Origin: a virus
IMG/VR virus record: IMGVR_UViG_3300023184_000042
Location: 68,304 to 132,303 of that record
Length of the DNA stretch: 64,000 nt
Strand: one strand, 5' to 3'
Positions within the stretch are counted from its first letter, which is position 1, and the number at the start of each line of letters is the position of its first letter. The notes below the pieces were generated by a model. The model was not told the DNA's origin. It did no database searches and saw only the letters and a program-made list of their open reading frames with translations. Shown piece after piece: positions 1 through 10,500 of the stretch. Position numbers and translations under genes: made by a program.

Positions 1-1142
1 ATGATATAGTTAAGCAAATAGTTGATCAACAAAAACCAGCAGAAGGAGGCAGAGTATTTTCTAGATTTGATCCTACAACAGATATAGTTGAAAATCAAAA
101 AGTATTTTTAACGACAGGATTGTTTTCAAATACCACATACGGAGTTTCAGTTAATGCAGCAACAATGTCTGTAATGTTTACTGGGTCAATTCAAAGCGCA
201 GCATCTAAACAATATTATTACGAAGCTTGGAATAAGAATTTTAATATTTCAGAAGATGCTGAACCACAATTTTCAGTAGCTTATGGTCATAGAAAAGGTT
301 CAGGTTCATCAGCTGCGGGTACTGCAAACGACTCACCGAATAGAGCAGTATATTCACAATATAGGCTATTAACACTAAACCCTGAAGATACTCAATTTAC
401 ATTAAAAGACGGAACTTCGACAGATTCTATATATGCTATTAACTTTCAAAGAGCTAGAATTTTAGAAAAAGTAGATCCAGGTAACTGGCAGTTAACTTTA
501 GGGCAACTTTCAGGTTCGTCAGTAGCAAATAATGTGCATACCGGTTCAAATGTTAAACTAGCAAATAGTCCTGGTTTCGTTTCATTAATTGACGATTCTG
601 GAGATACTGAACAAGACAATGTAACGACAGTAGGAAGAGTAGTTAATGTAGTTTCAGGCTCTATATTAAATGGAATTTATAATCCTTCATCACCTGTTTA
701 TTATGGTTTAATGTACCCAGATATGGGTATTATTATTTTAGACGGAAATAAATTAAATACAAATCTTTCATTTAATACCGTTACTGGATCTAATATAGCT
801 GGTGATAATGCATGGAAATTGTATACTTCTATTTCAGGAGCATTTAGTGCAGATCCACTTAATTATTCATTTCAATCAAGAAATTCTGTAGTTAGAACAT
901 CAGCGCATTATTTTGTAAGAGTAAAAAATACGGAATATAATTTTTCTAATAATCCTACTTTTGTTACTGGTTCTGAAGGAGCTTTTATGCAACCAACTTT
1001 TTTAGGAGACCCGACAGTGTATATCACTACGGTAGGTATGTATAATGATCGACAAGAACTGCTAGCAGTAGGAAAATTATCTAAACCAATTCAAAAATCA
1101 TTCTCAAAAGAATCTTTGATAAAAGTTAGATTAGATTTCTAA
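1..1142 (+). CDS. Virion structural protein (baseplate/tail-associated), 5'-truncated by window edge
   Basis: Frame is open from nt 3 (DIVKQIVDQQKP...), so the gene starts before the window. C-terminal YITTVGMYNDRQELLAVGKLSKPIQK is paralogous to the C-terminus of the next ORF. Confidence 0.6.
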   Translation, partial: DIVKQIVDQQKPAEGGRVFSRFDPTTDIVENQKVFLTTGLFSNTTYGVSVNAATMSVMFTGSIQSAASKQYYYEAWNKNFNISEDAEPQFSVAYGHRKGSGSSAAGTANDSPNRAVYSQYRLLTLNPEDTQFTLKDGTSTDSIYAINFQRARILEKVDPGNWQLTLGQLSGSSVANNVHTGSNVKLANSPGFVSLIDDSGDTEQDNVTTVGRVVNVVSGSILNGIYNPSSPVYYGLMYPDMGIIILDGNKLNTNLSFNTVTGSNIAGDNAWKLYTSISGAFSADPLNYSFQSRNSVVRTSAHYFVRVKNTEYNFSNNPTFVTGSEGAFMQPTFLGDPTVYITTVGMYNDRQELLAVGKLSKPIQKSFSKESLIKVRLDF

Positions 1143-1166
1143 AAATTTATAAAATATACCATTAAG

Positions 1167-1198
1167 TAGACTCTTTGATATTTATATTAAAGAGTCTA
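1167..1198 (+). promoter_or_regulatory. Late-promoter motif GATATTTAT (1177-1185) in the loop of a hairpin
   Basis: TAGACTCTTT (1167-1176) and AAAGAGTCTA (1189-1198) form a perfect 10-bp stem; ATG at 1210. Confidence 0.7.
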
Positions 1199-1209
1199 TT
1201 TTACTATAT

Positions 1210-2976
1210 ATGGGAAAACCAGGAGTATTTAAAAAAATAAATGATCAAGATAAAACGATCACACCATTCAAGGTTCACAGATCTTGGAGTTATGAAACTA
1301 CAGCATCTTTAGAACAAGACAGTATACGAAGATTAGTAGCTATTAAACCTAATCATGCAGTTTATGACGGAGGAAAAGTTACATTAGATTCATGGCAAAC
1401 TCAAGCAGAATCAGCATCACTATTAATTAACCGATCTTTAGATTCTGAGGCGTCAATGGTTTGGTATAGCTTAAATCATTTATATTATAAGCGAGCAGGC
1501 CGGCCGTTTGAAACTTTTGGATATTCAGATCCAGCAGCTATAGAAAGAACTATATTTGACGAAGCTTCTGTAATTTCAATACCTCAAGTAAAATTTGGAG
1601 AAGCAATTCAACCAGGTTCAGTAATATTAAATATACAAAATGCAGTTTCTAAAACAACAATGTCATTAGTAGATGACGGAAAAGGCAATTTAATAGATAC
1701 TGCATTAAGCAGTTCTATATCTAATGAATTGTTATATTTAGGATTTAATGCAATGACTTATTCTCCATTTTGGAATGGAAACCCAACTTCAACTTGGTAT
1801 AATGAATTTCCTGAAGTTGTAGCTCCTGTTCAAAATGACACTACAATTCAAGAATTAGAAGTTATTGGTAAAAATCTTTTAATTGTACCTGCAGATAAAG
1901 GATATAATATAATAGGTAAGGCAACTTCATTTCCATATGGAAACACTGTATTATTCAATCAAAATTCATATATACGAATTCCTAATAATGACACTTTAAA
2001 TTTTAAACGAAGTGAAGATTTTGCTATTGGAATGTGGTTAGGTCATAACAGTATAGCTTCTGCTCCGAAAACTGGCAGTATCTTAACTAAACGAACTACT
2101 ACAAAGAAAAATATAAAAACTGCTAAAGGAATAAATCAATTAGCTGATTATAATTTTCCAATAAGTCAATATCCATATGACATTAGAGTTTTCAGTGGAT
2201 CTACATTAGAATGTAGAACATCTGACGGCTCACAAATAACTTCAATTACTAGTTCATTACCTCCTAATAATCTTAATCATATACTATTACAAAAAACAGG
2301 TTCTAATTTTCAATTGTATGTTAATGGAGCTTTACAAGGATCTAAAACAATGTCTAATGAAAATATTCATAATGAAGCTGATATATTTATAGGTTCGTTA
2401 GGATTAACAAATACAGGAGCTGTAAATCAAGGATATAATGGTTCTTTAGATGAAGTTATAGTATTTAGTAAAGGATTAAATCAAACAGAAATCAGTCAAT
2501 TATGTTATACAGGATCTTTAAATTTAATGACTACTAATACAAATGCAGTTGGTAATGTATTTTACGAACATGGAATGGTAGTAATTTCAGATCCTAGAAC
2601 AAAATATACTTCAGGCTCATTTAAGTTATTTAATGATGCTTTATATAATTACAAAACAGGTCAGCAGCAATCTGGATGTTTAGATCAATTTTATTTTGAA
2701 TATAATTCAACAGTAACTTTATATGAACATGAATATGTATGCAGAGCAAAAGAAGATGAATTTAATTTTACTTCTAACGCTACTATAAGACAAAATAACG
2801 ATGAAAATTCAGAAATTCCTAAAGATTTTGTATCTAACGAACATTTTGCTCCTTATATAACGACAGTAGGATTATATGACAAATATGGTAGATTATTAGC
2901 AATAGGAAAATTAGGAACACCAATTCACAAACGAGATGATGTCGATCTTAACTTAATTGTTAGATTTGATATGTAA
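1210..2976 (+). CDS. Virion structural protein with a LamG/concanavalin A-like domain
   Basis: DFAIGMW...HILLQKTGSNFQLYVNG...YNGSLDEVIVFSKGL is LamG-like; C-terminal PYITTVGLYD..GRLLAIGKL..PI.K is shared with the upstream ORF. Confidence 0.65.
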   Translation: MGKPGVFKKINDQDKTITPFKVHRSWSYETTASLEQDSIRRLVAIKPNHAVYDGGKVTLDSWQTQAESASLLINRSLDSEASMVWYSLNHLYYKRAGRPFETFGYSDPAAIERTIFDEASVISIPQVKFGEAIQPGSVILNIQNAVSKTTMSLVDDGKGNLIDTALSSSISNELLYLGFNAMTYSPFWNGNPTSTWYNEFPEVVAPVQNDTTIQELEVIGKNLLIVPADKGYNIIGKATSFPYGNTVLFNQNSYIRIPNNDTLNFKRSEDFAIGMWLGHNSIASAPKTGSILTKRTTTKKNIKTAKGINQLADYNFPISQYPYDIRVFSGSTLECRTSDGSQITSITSSLPPNNLNHILLQKTGSNFQLYVNGALQGSKTMSNENIHNEADIFIGSLGLTNTGAVNQGYNGSLDEVIVFSKGLNQTEISQLCYTGSLNLMTTNTNAVGNVFYEHGMVVISDPRTKYTSGSFKLFNDALYNYKTGQQQSGCLDQFYFEYNSTVTLYEHEYVCRAKEDEFNFTSNATIRQNNDENSEIPKDFVSNEHFAPYITTVGLYDKYGRLLAIGKLGTPIHKRDDVDLNLIVRFDM

Positions 2977-2990
2977 TAAAAATAAATGTT

Positions 2991-3398
2991 ATGGCAAAAA
3001 GAAGAGCACCTTACAGCGTAAAAGCAGTAGCAGCAAAATATGGATTCAGAAGTGGTTTAGAAATGACTATCGACGAATCTTTAAAATCAAGGGGTGTAGA
3101 CGGAGAATATGAAAAGCATATTATTCAATATACTAAACCTGAAACAAAGCACAAATATCATCCTGACTTTAAATTGCCAAATGGCATTTTTGTTGAAACA
3201 AAGGGTAGATTTTTGACTGCTGATAGAAAGAAGCATTTACTAATCAAAGAACAAAATCCAAATTTAGATATTAGATTTTTATTTCAAAATTCTAAAACTA
3301 AAATATCTAAAGCCTCTAAAACTACATATGCAGATTGGTGCATCAAGTACGGGTTTAAATTTGCAGATAAAGAAATTCCAGATGATTGGTTAGTTTAA
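2991..3398 (+). CDS. T7 endonuclease I-like Holliday junction resolvase
   Basis: FRSGLE...YHPDFKLPNGIFVETKGRFLTADRKKHLLIKEQ..LDIRFLFQ...TTYADWC closely follows T7 gp3 motifs. Confidence 0.9.
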   Translation: MAKRRAPYSVKAVAAKYGFRSGLEMTIDESLKSRGVDGEYEKHIIQYTKPETKHKYHPDFKLPNGIFVETKGRFLTADRKKHLLIKEQNPNLDIRFLFQNSKTKISKASKTTYADWCIKYGFKFADKEIPDDWLV

Positions 3399-3399
3399 T

Positions 3400-3430
3400 T
3401 TTGATTATGCGAAAGATTATTATATATTAG
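3400..3430 (+). promoter_or_regulatory. Bacteroidota-type (-33/-7) early/middle promoter upstream of primase
   Basis: TTTG (3400-3403), 19-nt spacer, TATATTAG (3423-3430). Confidence 0.55.
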
Positions 3431-3432
3431 TC

Positions 3433-4380
3433 TTGATGGTAAATACAAAGTTAATTCATTTAATAGATTCGGTTTTAGGAAAGGGTAAAGTTACTAATAA
3501 AGGTAACCAAGCTCACTCCTGCCCGTTTTGTCACTCTACTAGACGTAAATTAGAAGTGCAGACAGTAACTAATGATAAAGGAGAAAATCCATGGCATTGT
3601 TGGGTTTGCAATAAGTCTGGAAAAAAGATATCTACACTGTTTAAAGCGCTAAATGTAAGCAGAGATAAAATAGCAGAATTATATAAGTTACTTAACACCC
3701 AACCCAAATATAGCTCATCTACAAACTCCGCTTATACAGCATCTACGACGGCCCTAGACCTGCCTAAAGAGTATATTCCATTATATAAACATTCTGAGAC
3801 AACCGAGTACAAAAATGCTATTCATTACTTAAGATCAAAGCGAAAAATAACTTTATCTGAAATAGTAAAATATGGCATAGGTTATTGTGAGTCAGGAGAA
3901 TATGCTAAAAAGATAATCATTCCTTCTTACAACACTGAAGGCAAATTAAATTATTTTGTGGGAAGAGCTTATTATGATGTAGACTTTAAACACAAAAATC
4001 CAGACGTATCTAAAGATTGTGTTGGATTTGAATTGTTTATAAATTGGGCACTTCCTTTAGTTTTAGTAGAAGGCTCGTTTGATGCTATTGCAGTTAGAAG
4101 AAATGCAATACCATTATTTGGAAAGACGATATCAGAAGACTTACGTAAGAAAATTATTGAAAATAAAGTAAGTCAATTGTATATTTGTTTAGATAAAGAT
4201 GCTCAAAAGCAAGCATTGCAGCATGCAGAATATTTCATGAATAATGGAGTTCAAGTTTATTTTGTAGATTTGCAAGAAAAAGATCCTGCTGAAATAGGAT
4301 TTGAAAAAATGTGTAGTTTAATAAAACAAACGCCTCCATTAACCTTTGAAAAATTCATTGAATATAAATTATTCGGATAA
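3433..4380 (+). CDS. DNA primase (Zn finger plus TOPRIM); ATG at 3436 is the likely start
   Basis: CPFC...HCWVC zinc finger; LVEGSFDAI and CLDKDA TOPRIM motifs; KDP near the C-terminus. Confidence 0.88.
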   Translation: MMVNTKLIHLIDSVLGKGKVTNKGNQAHSCPFCHSTRRKLEVQTVTNDKGENPWHCWVCNKSGKKISTLFKALNVSRDKIAELYKLLNTQPKYSSSTNSAYTASTTALDLPKEYIPLYKHSETTEYKNAIHYLRSKRKITLSEIVKYGIGYCESGEYAKKIIIPSYNTEGKLNYFVGRAYYDVDFKHKNPDVSKDCVGFELFINWALPLVLVEGSFDAIAVRRNAIPLFGKTISEDLRKKIIENKVSQLYICLDKDAQKQALQHAEYFMNNGVQVYFVDLQEKDPAEIGFEKMCSLIKQTPPLTFEKFIEYKLFG

Positions 4381-7300
4381 ATGTATATAGAAAATTTAGT
4401 TACCAACATAGATAAGATAGATAAAATATATCACATAGCTGATATTCACATTAGAAATCTTAAACGGCATGAAGAATATCTTACGGTATTTAATAGAACT
4501 GTAGATAAAATTAAAAAAACAATAGGTCCAAATGATATTATCTTTTTAGGAGGAGATATTGTACACGCAAAAACGGATATGACGCCTGAATTAGTTCAAT
4601 CAGTTCAAGAATTTCTTAAGATGTTTGCTGATTTAGCTCCTACAATATTAATTACAGGAAACCACGATTGTAATCTAAATAATAAATCTAGATTAGATGC
4701 TCTTACTCCTATCGTAAATGCACTTAATCATCCTAATTTATATTATTTAAAAGAGTCTGGAGTTTACAAATTAGCTGATAAACATTTTACAGTAATGTCA
4801 GTTTTTGATAAACCTAAAGATTTTATTAAATCAGATGAATTTGAAGGAGATTTTAAAATTGCATTACATCACGGAGCAGTAAATAACGCTTTAACTGATA
4901 TAGGATTTAGATTGGTAAATGATCATGTTGATATTGATACATTTAAAGGGTATGATTTAACACTTTTAGGAGATATTCATAAACCTAATCAGTACTTAAA
5001 CGAAGAAAAAACTATTGCATATCCAGGTTCACTTATTCAACAAAATTATGCAGAAGCTTTAATTCATGGAATGTTAGTTTGGGATACGAATACATCTCAA
5101 GCAGAATTTATGGAAATTGAAAATGATATGTGCTATTATACTTTAGAAGTTAATGATAGTAAATACGATCCAATTCCAAATGAATTGTCAGACAAATTAA
5201 TTAGATTAAGAATCAAGTCTCAAAACACAGAATCTGCAGATTTAAAATCTATAATAGGAAGTATAAAATCTAAATTCAATGTAGAAGAATATACAGTACA
5301 AAAAATTAATGATTTAACTCAAAACAAATCTAGGGTACAAAAAATTAATATTGGAGATGTAAGAGATGTAGAGTATCAAAATACGTTAATTACTAAATAT
5401 TTAGAAAATAAATTTACTTTAGAAGATGATGTGTTAGACGGCGTTCGTCATGTTAATAGAACTGTAAATTCAGGATTGCCTACATTAGAAATAAATCGAA
5501 ATGTATCTTGGATTCCAAAAAGCTTTGAGTTTGCTAATATGTTTAGCTACGGAAAAGGAAACTCTATAGATTTTACTAACATGAAAGGAGTGTATGGATT
5601 ATTTGCTCCAAACGCAGCAGGTAAATCTACGCTATTAGATGCAATTACATATTGTATATTTGACAAATGTGGAAGAACCTCAAAAGCAGTTGCTGTTCTA
5701 AATAATAGATCTGCTTCATTTACATGTAAATTCAATTTTGAATTAGATGGTAAAAATTACTTTATTGAAAAAATAGGAACAAGAGGAAGAGGTAATCACG
5801 TACGAGTTGATGTTAATTTTTACTCCGTGGATGATTTAGGTCAAATAACTTCATTAAATGGAAAAGAAAGAAGTGAAACAAACGATCATATTCGAGGTCT
5901 ATTAGGAACCTATGAAGATTTTGTGCTAACTGCATTGTCAGTACAGAATAACAATTCAGGGTTTATTGATATGGCTCAAAAAGATAGAAAAGATTTGCTA
6001 GCTCAATTTTTGGATATTAATATCTTTGAAGATTTATATAGAATTGCTAACGATGACATTAAAGAAGTTGCTACGTTAGTAAAGGAATATCAGCGTCAAG
6101 ACTTTGGTTCGCAGCTAGCACAAGCAGTTAATGACATTGAGGCATACACAAAAGAGCATAAAGATTATCAAATAGACAAAAGTGAATTAGAAAATAAAAT
6201 AGATACGCTAAATCAAGAAATTCTATCTTTAACTTCTAATTTAGTTCCTGTTGATACTTCAATTACAAACAAAGATAGATTAGATGAATTAAAAGATCAA
6301 GCTATTTTATTTTTAAGTCAATTAGAAAAAAGCGAATCGGATAAGTTAGGTGAATTAAAAGTATATAAAGAATCTTTAGATGAATTGAAAGAAAGTATAA
6401 AAGCGTTTAACATCAATGAAATTCAAGCTCGAATTGATGTTCTTGACGGATTACATACCACTGAAAAGAATTTATATGGTCAGGTAGCAAAACTTAAAGC
6501 TGAAGTCAGTAATAAGTTAGACAAAATGAAAAAACTTGATGATTTAAAATATGATGAGAATTGTTCTTTTTGTATGGATAATGTATTTGTTAAAGATGCT
6601 ATTGCTACAAAAGCTTCAATTGAAGAAGATAAAAAACATGCTCAAACTATAGTAGATAATTTACAAATTATCAAAGATAAAATAACTCAACTAAAACCTT
6701 CTATACAAGAAAAAGAAGATTATAACAAATTAAATCAAGATATTCACAAAAAATCATCTTTGAAATCTTCAATTGAATCTGAATTGCATCAAATTGCAAC
6801 TAAACATCATCAAGGTGTTTCTAAATTAAGAGAAGTTGAAACTAAAATTGCAGAATATTTCAAACAGGAAGAAGTTATCAAAGAAAACATGATTATAAAT
6901 AGTCAGATAGATTCTTTGAATAAAAAAGTAACTGATTTAAAAGATGAATTAAGTATACTTAATGATGATATTTTAACCTGTCATTCAAAATTATTACTAT
7001 CTGACAAATTAAAAGAAAAAGCTGAAGAGTCTATTTCTAAATTAAAAGACTTAGCACAGCAGTATAAATTTTATCAATACTACTTAGAGGCTGTTAATCG
7101 AGATGGAATACCTTACGATTTAATTACTTCAGCAGTTCCATATATTGAGCAAGAAATAAATAATATCTTAAGTCAATTAGTTGAATTTAATTTGATGCTT
7201 GAAATGGATGGTAAAAATATTAATTGTTATATTGTGTATGATGATGATAATTTCTGGCCAATAGAATTAACTTCTGGAATGGAAAAGTTTGTTTCTTCAT

Positions 7301-7545
7301 TAGCAATTAGAACTGCATTGATAAATGTATCTTCATTGCCTAGACCAAACTTCTTAGCTATTGATGAAGGGTTTGGTGTTCTAGATTCAGAAAACTTAAA
7401 TTCAATGTTCAACATGTTTGATTATTTAAAAACTCAATTTTCATTTATGTTAGTAATATCACATATTGATTCAATGAGAGATGTAGTAGACAAATTAATT
7501 GAAATAACAAAAACCAACGGATCTTCAAAGATCTATTACATTTAG
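4381..7545 (+). CDS. Fused SbcD/Mre11 nuclease - SbcC/Rad50 ATPase (T4 gp47-gp46-like)
   Basis: ADIH, GGD, GNHD and LGDIH phosphoesterase motifs; Walker A APNAAGKS; coiled coil with CSFC hook; signature TSGMEK; Walker B IDEGFGVLD; ISH. Confidence 0.92.
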   Translation: MYIENLVTNIDKIDKIYHIADIHIRNLKRHEEYLTVFNRTVDKIKKTIGPNDIIFLGGDIVHAKTDMTPELVQSVQEFLKMFADLAPTILITGNHDCNLNNKSRLDALTPIVNALNHPNLYYLKESGVYKLADKHFTVMSVFDKPKDFIKSDEFEGDFKIALHHGAVNNALTDIGFRLVNDHVDIDTFKGYDLTLLGDIHKPNQYLNEEKTIAYPGSLIQQNYAEALIHGMLVWDTNTSQAEFMEIENDMCYYTLEVNDSKYDPIPNELSDKLIRLRIKSQNTESADLKSIIGSIKSKFNVEEYTVQKINDLTQNKSRVQKINIGDVRDVEYQNTLITKYLENKFTLEDDVLDGVRHVNRTVNSGLPTLEINRNVSWIPKSFEFANMFSYGKGNSIDFTNMKGVYGLFAPNAAGKSTLLDAITYCIFDKCGRTSKAVAVLNNRSASFTCKFNFELDGKNYFIEKIGTRGRGNHVRVDVNFYSVDDLGQITSLNGKERSETNDHIRGLLGTYEDFVLTALSVQNNNSGFIDMAQKDRKDLLAQFLDINIFEDLYRIANDDIKEVATLVKEYQRQDFGSQLAQAVNDIEAYTKEHKDYQIDKSELENKIDTLNQEILSLTSNLVPVDTSITNKDRLDELKDQAILFLSQLEKSESDKLGELKVYKESLDELKESIKAFNINEIQARIDVLDGLHTTEKNLYGQVAKLKAEVSNKLDKMKKLDDLKYDENCSFCMDNVFVKDAIATKASIEEDKKHAQTIVDNLQIIKDKITQLKPSIQEKEDYNKLNQDIHKKSSLKSSIESELHQIATKHHQGVSKLREVETKIAEYFKQEEVIKENMIINSQIDSLNKKVTDLKDELSILNDDILTCHSKLLLSDKLKEKAEESISKLKDLAQQYKFYQYYLEAVNRDGIPYDLITSAVPYIEQEINNILSQLVEFNLMLEMDGKNINCYIVYDDDNFWPIELTSGMEKFVSSLAIRTALINVSSLPRPNFLAIDEGFGVLDSENLNSMFNMFDYLKTQFSFMLVISHIDSMRDVVDKLIEITKTNGSSKIYYI

Positions 7546-7583
7546 ATATTTATTTAAAATAGATATTTAATAAAATGTAATGG
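7533..7583 (+). promoter_or_regulatory. Late motif GATATTTAT (7545-7553) within a long hairpin that covers the ATG at 7580
   Basis: CTATTACATTT (7533-7543) pairs with AAATGTAATGG (7573-7583); inner AGATATTTATT pairs with AATAGATATTT. Confidence 0.6.
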
Positions 7584-10500
7584 CTAAAAAAGAAATATTT
7601 TACCAAGGGTTAGACGCAATTCCAGTTATAATTGAAGATACTTCATTAACTTCTCCTGATTATTTTAGAGTTACAGACCTACCTACACAATTAAATGCAG
7701 GTACTAATGTGTTTAAATTTAAAGGAAATGTATCTTTATTTCCTGAAAATTCTGCTGTCTATATAGAAATATTAGATGCAAATGGATTACCTGTTTATTA
7801 TGAAGTAGGTATTGATTTAGAATCTCAAGAACAGTTAGCAATTGTTACAGTATTTATAAATCAAGATACTACACCAGGAAATGGAAGTATAATAATTTGT
7901 AGTACATTAAATCAATCTGCTGAAGGTCAAATTTTAGACCCATCTGAAATCAATTTAAGATGGCAAGTTCCAATATATATTGATATATCTAAAAGGAATG
8001 ACGGCGAAATAATATTCAGTGAAATTCCAACTGTAACTGTATCTAGTAATTATAGTCAAGTTTCTGAAATTGAATATAGAGATTTAACTTATAACGGTAG
8101 TTTAGCATCATTAAGAAGTAAAGAGCAAACTCAAACCGTAAAAATGCAGTATGGTGTTGGTAACGCAGCTACGTATTATTATAACAATGATACTCCAATG
8201 CTTGTACTTAACAATGACAAAGGCCCGTTTGTATTAAATGAGCCAAATAGAGGATTCGTAACTTCTTCTTTAGCTGCTGTCATTAACGTGTCTTCAAGCT
8301 ACATAGTCAGTTTAACGCCTAGCACAGCGAGTGTTGATGTAATACCACAGCAAGTATCTTCAAGTGTTATTTCATTTACTGGGTCTGCTATATTTGCTCA
8401 ATCATATGCAACTCCTGGAACAGGTAGTCACATAGCTATTTTAAAAGATCCAATGTCATTTGCTATTAATAATAGTAATGACAGATATTATCCTAGCTCT
8501 GCTACAATTAGTAATTTACATGTAACGTATACATTATCTAAAAAAGCTGATAATATATATACATTTGAAAATAAAACTCAAAATACATACAATTCAGTTA
8601 ATGTTAATTTTTCTAAATTAACGCCATTAGTAGGTACAGTAGCCAAGATAAGATCTTATTATAAATCTTCAGGTGTAGGTGAATATATGTTATTAAATGA
8701 AACTGATATCACTCAATATGATACGGAATTCGGATTTAATACAGGTTCATTATCAGCTACATTTGCATTACCAACTACACATAAAGGAGAGAAAATAGAT
8801 TTTAAATTTGAATTTATATCTCCTACAGGATTTGTTTCAAAGCAATATGCTGAAATAAAAAATACTACATTTACAGGAGGAAATAGTTATATTGCCGGCG
8901 ATGATAATTTAATTACAGGCTCTTTATATGTTGCTGGTTCAACAGGATCTGGAGTTCATATTTCTGGAAAAGGTAATGCTGCTATGATTCGCAGCATAGG
9001 GTATGAAGGATTTGCAAAAGCAGTTGCAGGTACAGGAAGAGGTGGATTCGTAATTTATTCAGGTTCAGTTCAGCCTATATTAAACGCTTCTGAAAATTAT
9101 TCAGGAGTAGGAATTGAATTGTTTGCAAATACTTCATCATATTTCAAATACACAACTTCAGGTTCAGGATTGTTAGATATTAGAACAGATAAATTCTTTT
9201 TAGGTAGCACTAATCAATTTATTTCCGGAGCAAATGGTAATATTGAAATTTCATCTTCAAATTTTCATTTAGATGCAAATGGAAATGTTAATATGTCTGG
9301 AGATATCAATGCAGTAAATGGTATATTTGAAAATGTATCTATTATTGGGCAAGTGCCTTCAAGCTCTATTGCATCATCTATAAGTAAACAATGGTTATTA
9401 GAATCATGGGTCACGTCATCTAGCGACAGATTCAATATTCAATTTGCAATTACTTCATCTGGTAAGCCATATAGTTTTACTGCAGGAGGCACATTTAAAA
9501 CTGGAATGTTAACATGGACAGCATCTATAGAATCAGGTTCAAAAAATACTTATATAGGATCTTTAGATTCTTCTAAAGTATATGATCCATTTCCTAAATC
9601 AAGTTATTTGATTGGAGGAAATCCAGATTTAGTAACCCTTGAACCTTATACATCAGCTTCTGTACATGTAAAAAATACATATCCATATTCAGCTTCATTC
9701 ACTTCAATGCTAAATTTTGGATTTACTGGGTCTGCATATAAAGGAGGATATGGGTTTGACTGTAAACCAACACCTCCAACTGGATTTAAAAAATGGGCCG
9801 AAGTTCATGGAACTTATAACTTAAGTTCATATAATGGTATTGGAATGGAAACGACTTCAAGCACCAGCCATAGTATTGTTAATAATCCATTTTATCCAAA
9901 TATAGGTACTGCGGATGGTATAGTATTCCCAACCCCACGCGTTAGTTACATACCAAGCTCTTCTTTATATTCTGAATCCAGTTTGCCGTCTTATTTCAAT
10001 TCCGGTAGTAGAAATGCAGGAAGAATTCAAACAGATGATGCAGTATATGACGGTGCATATACTTTTTGTATAACTAGCGAAATTATAACTTTAGATTCGT
10101 CATTAATAGGATTAGATTCATATGGAAGATTAATTAATGAACCGCTAGGTATTCAATTTGCTGCTAAATATTGTGCGTTAAGCACATATACAAAACTATG
10201 GGGAGGATATGTAAGACCTGGAGGTGACCCTTCCTCCTATTCCACCACCAGTAAAACCAGCGGAGCTAGTTATAGACCTATAGGAGCTACATGGCCTGAA
10301 TATTGGAAGCGAGATATTAGATGTGAATTAATTGGAATTGACCCAGTCGACGCATCTGAAAGTGTAATACTATCACAAACTCAATCTACAACGGGTACCA
10401 TTAATTGGTCTATGTTTAATATACCTTTATCATTAGCTTTAACAACAGAGACTGAAGATGATATTGGGTCTCAAGTTATTTATAATAAATTTAGAATTAA

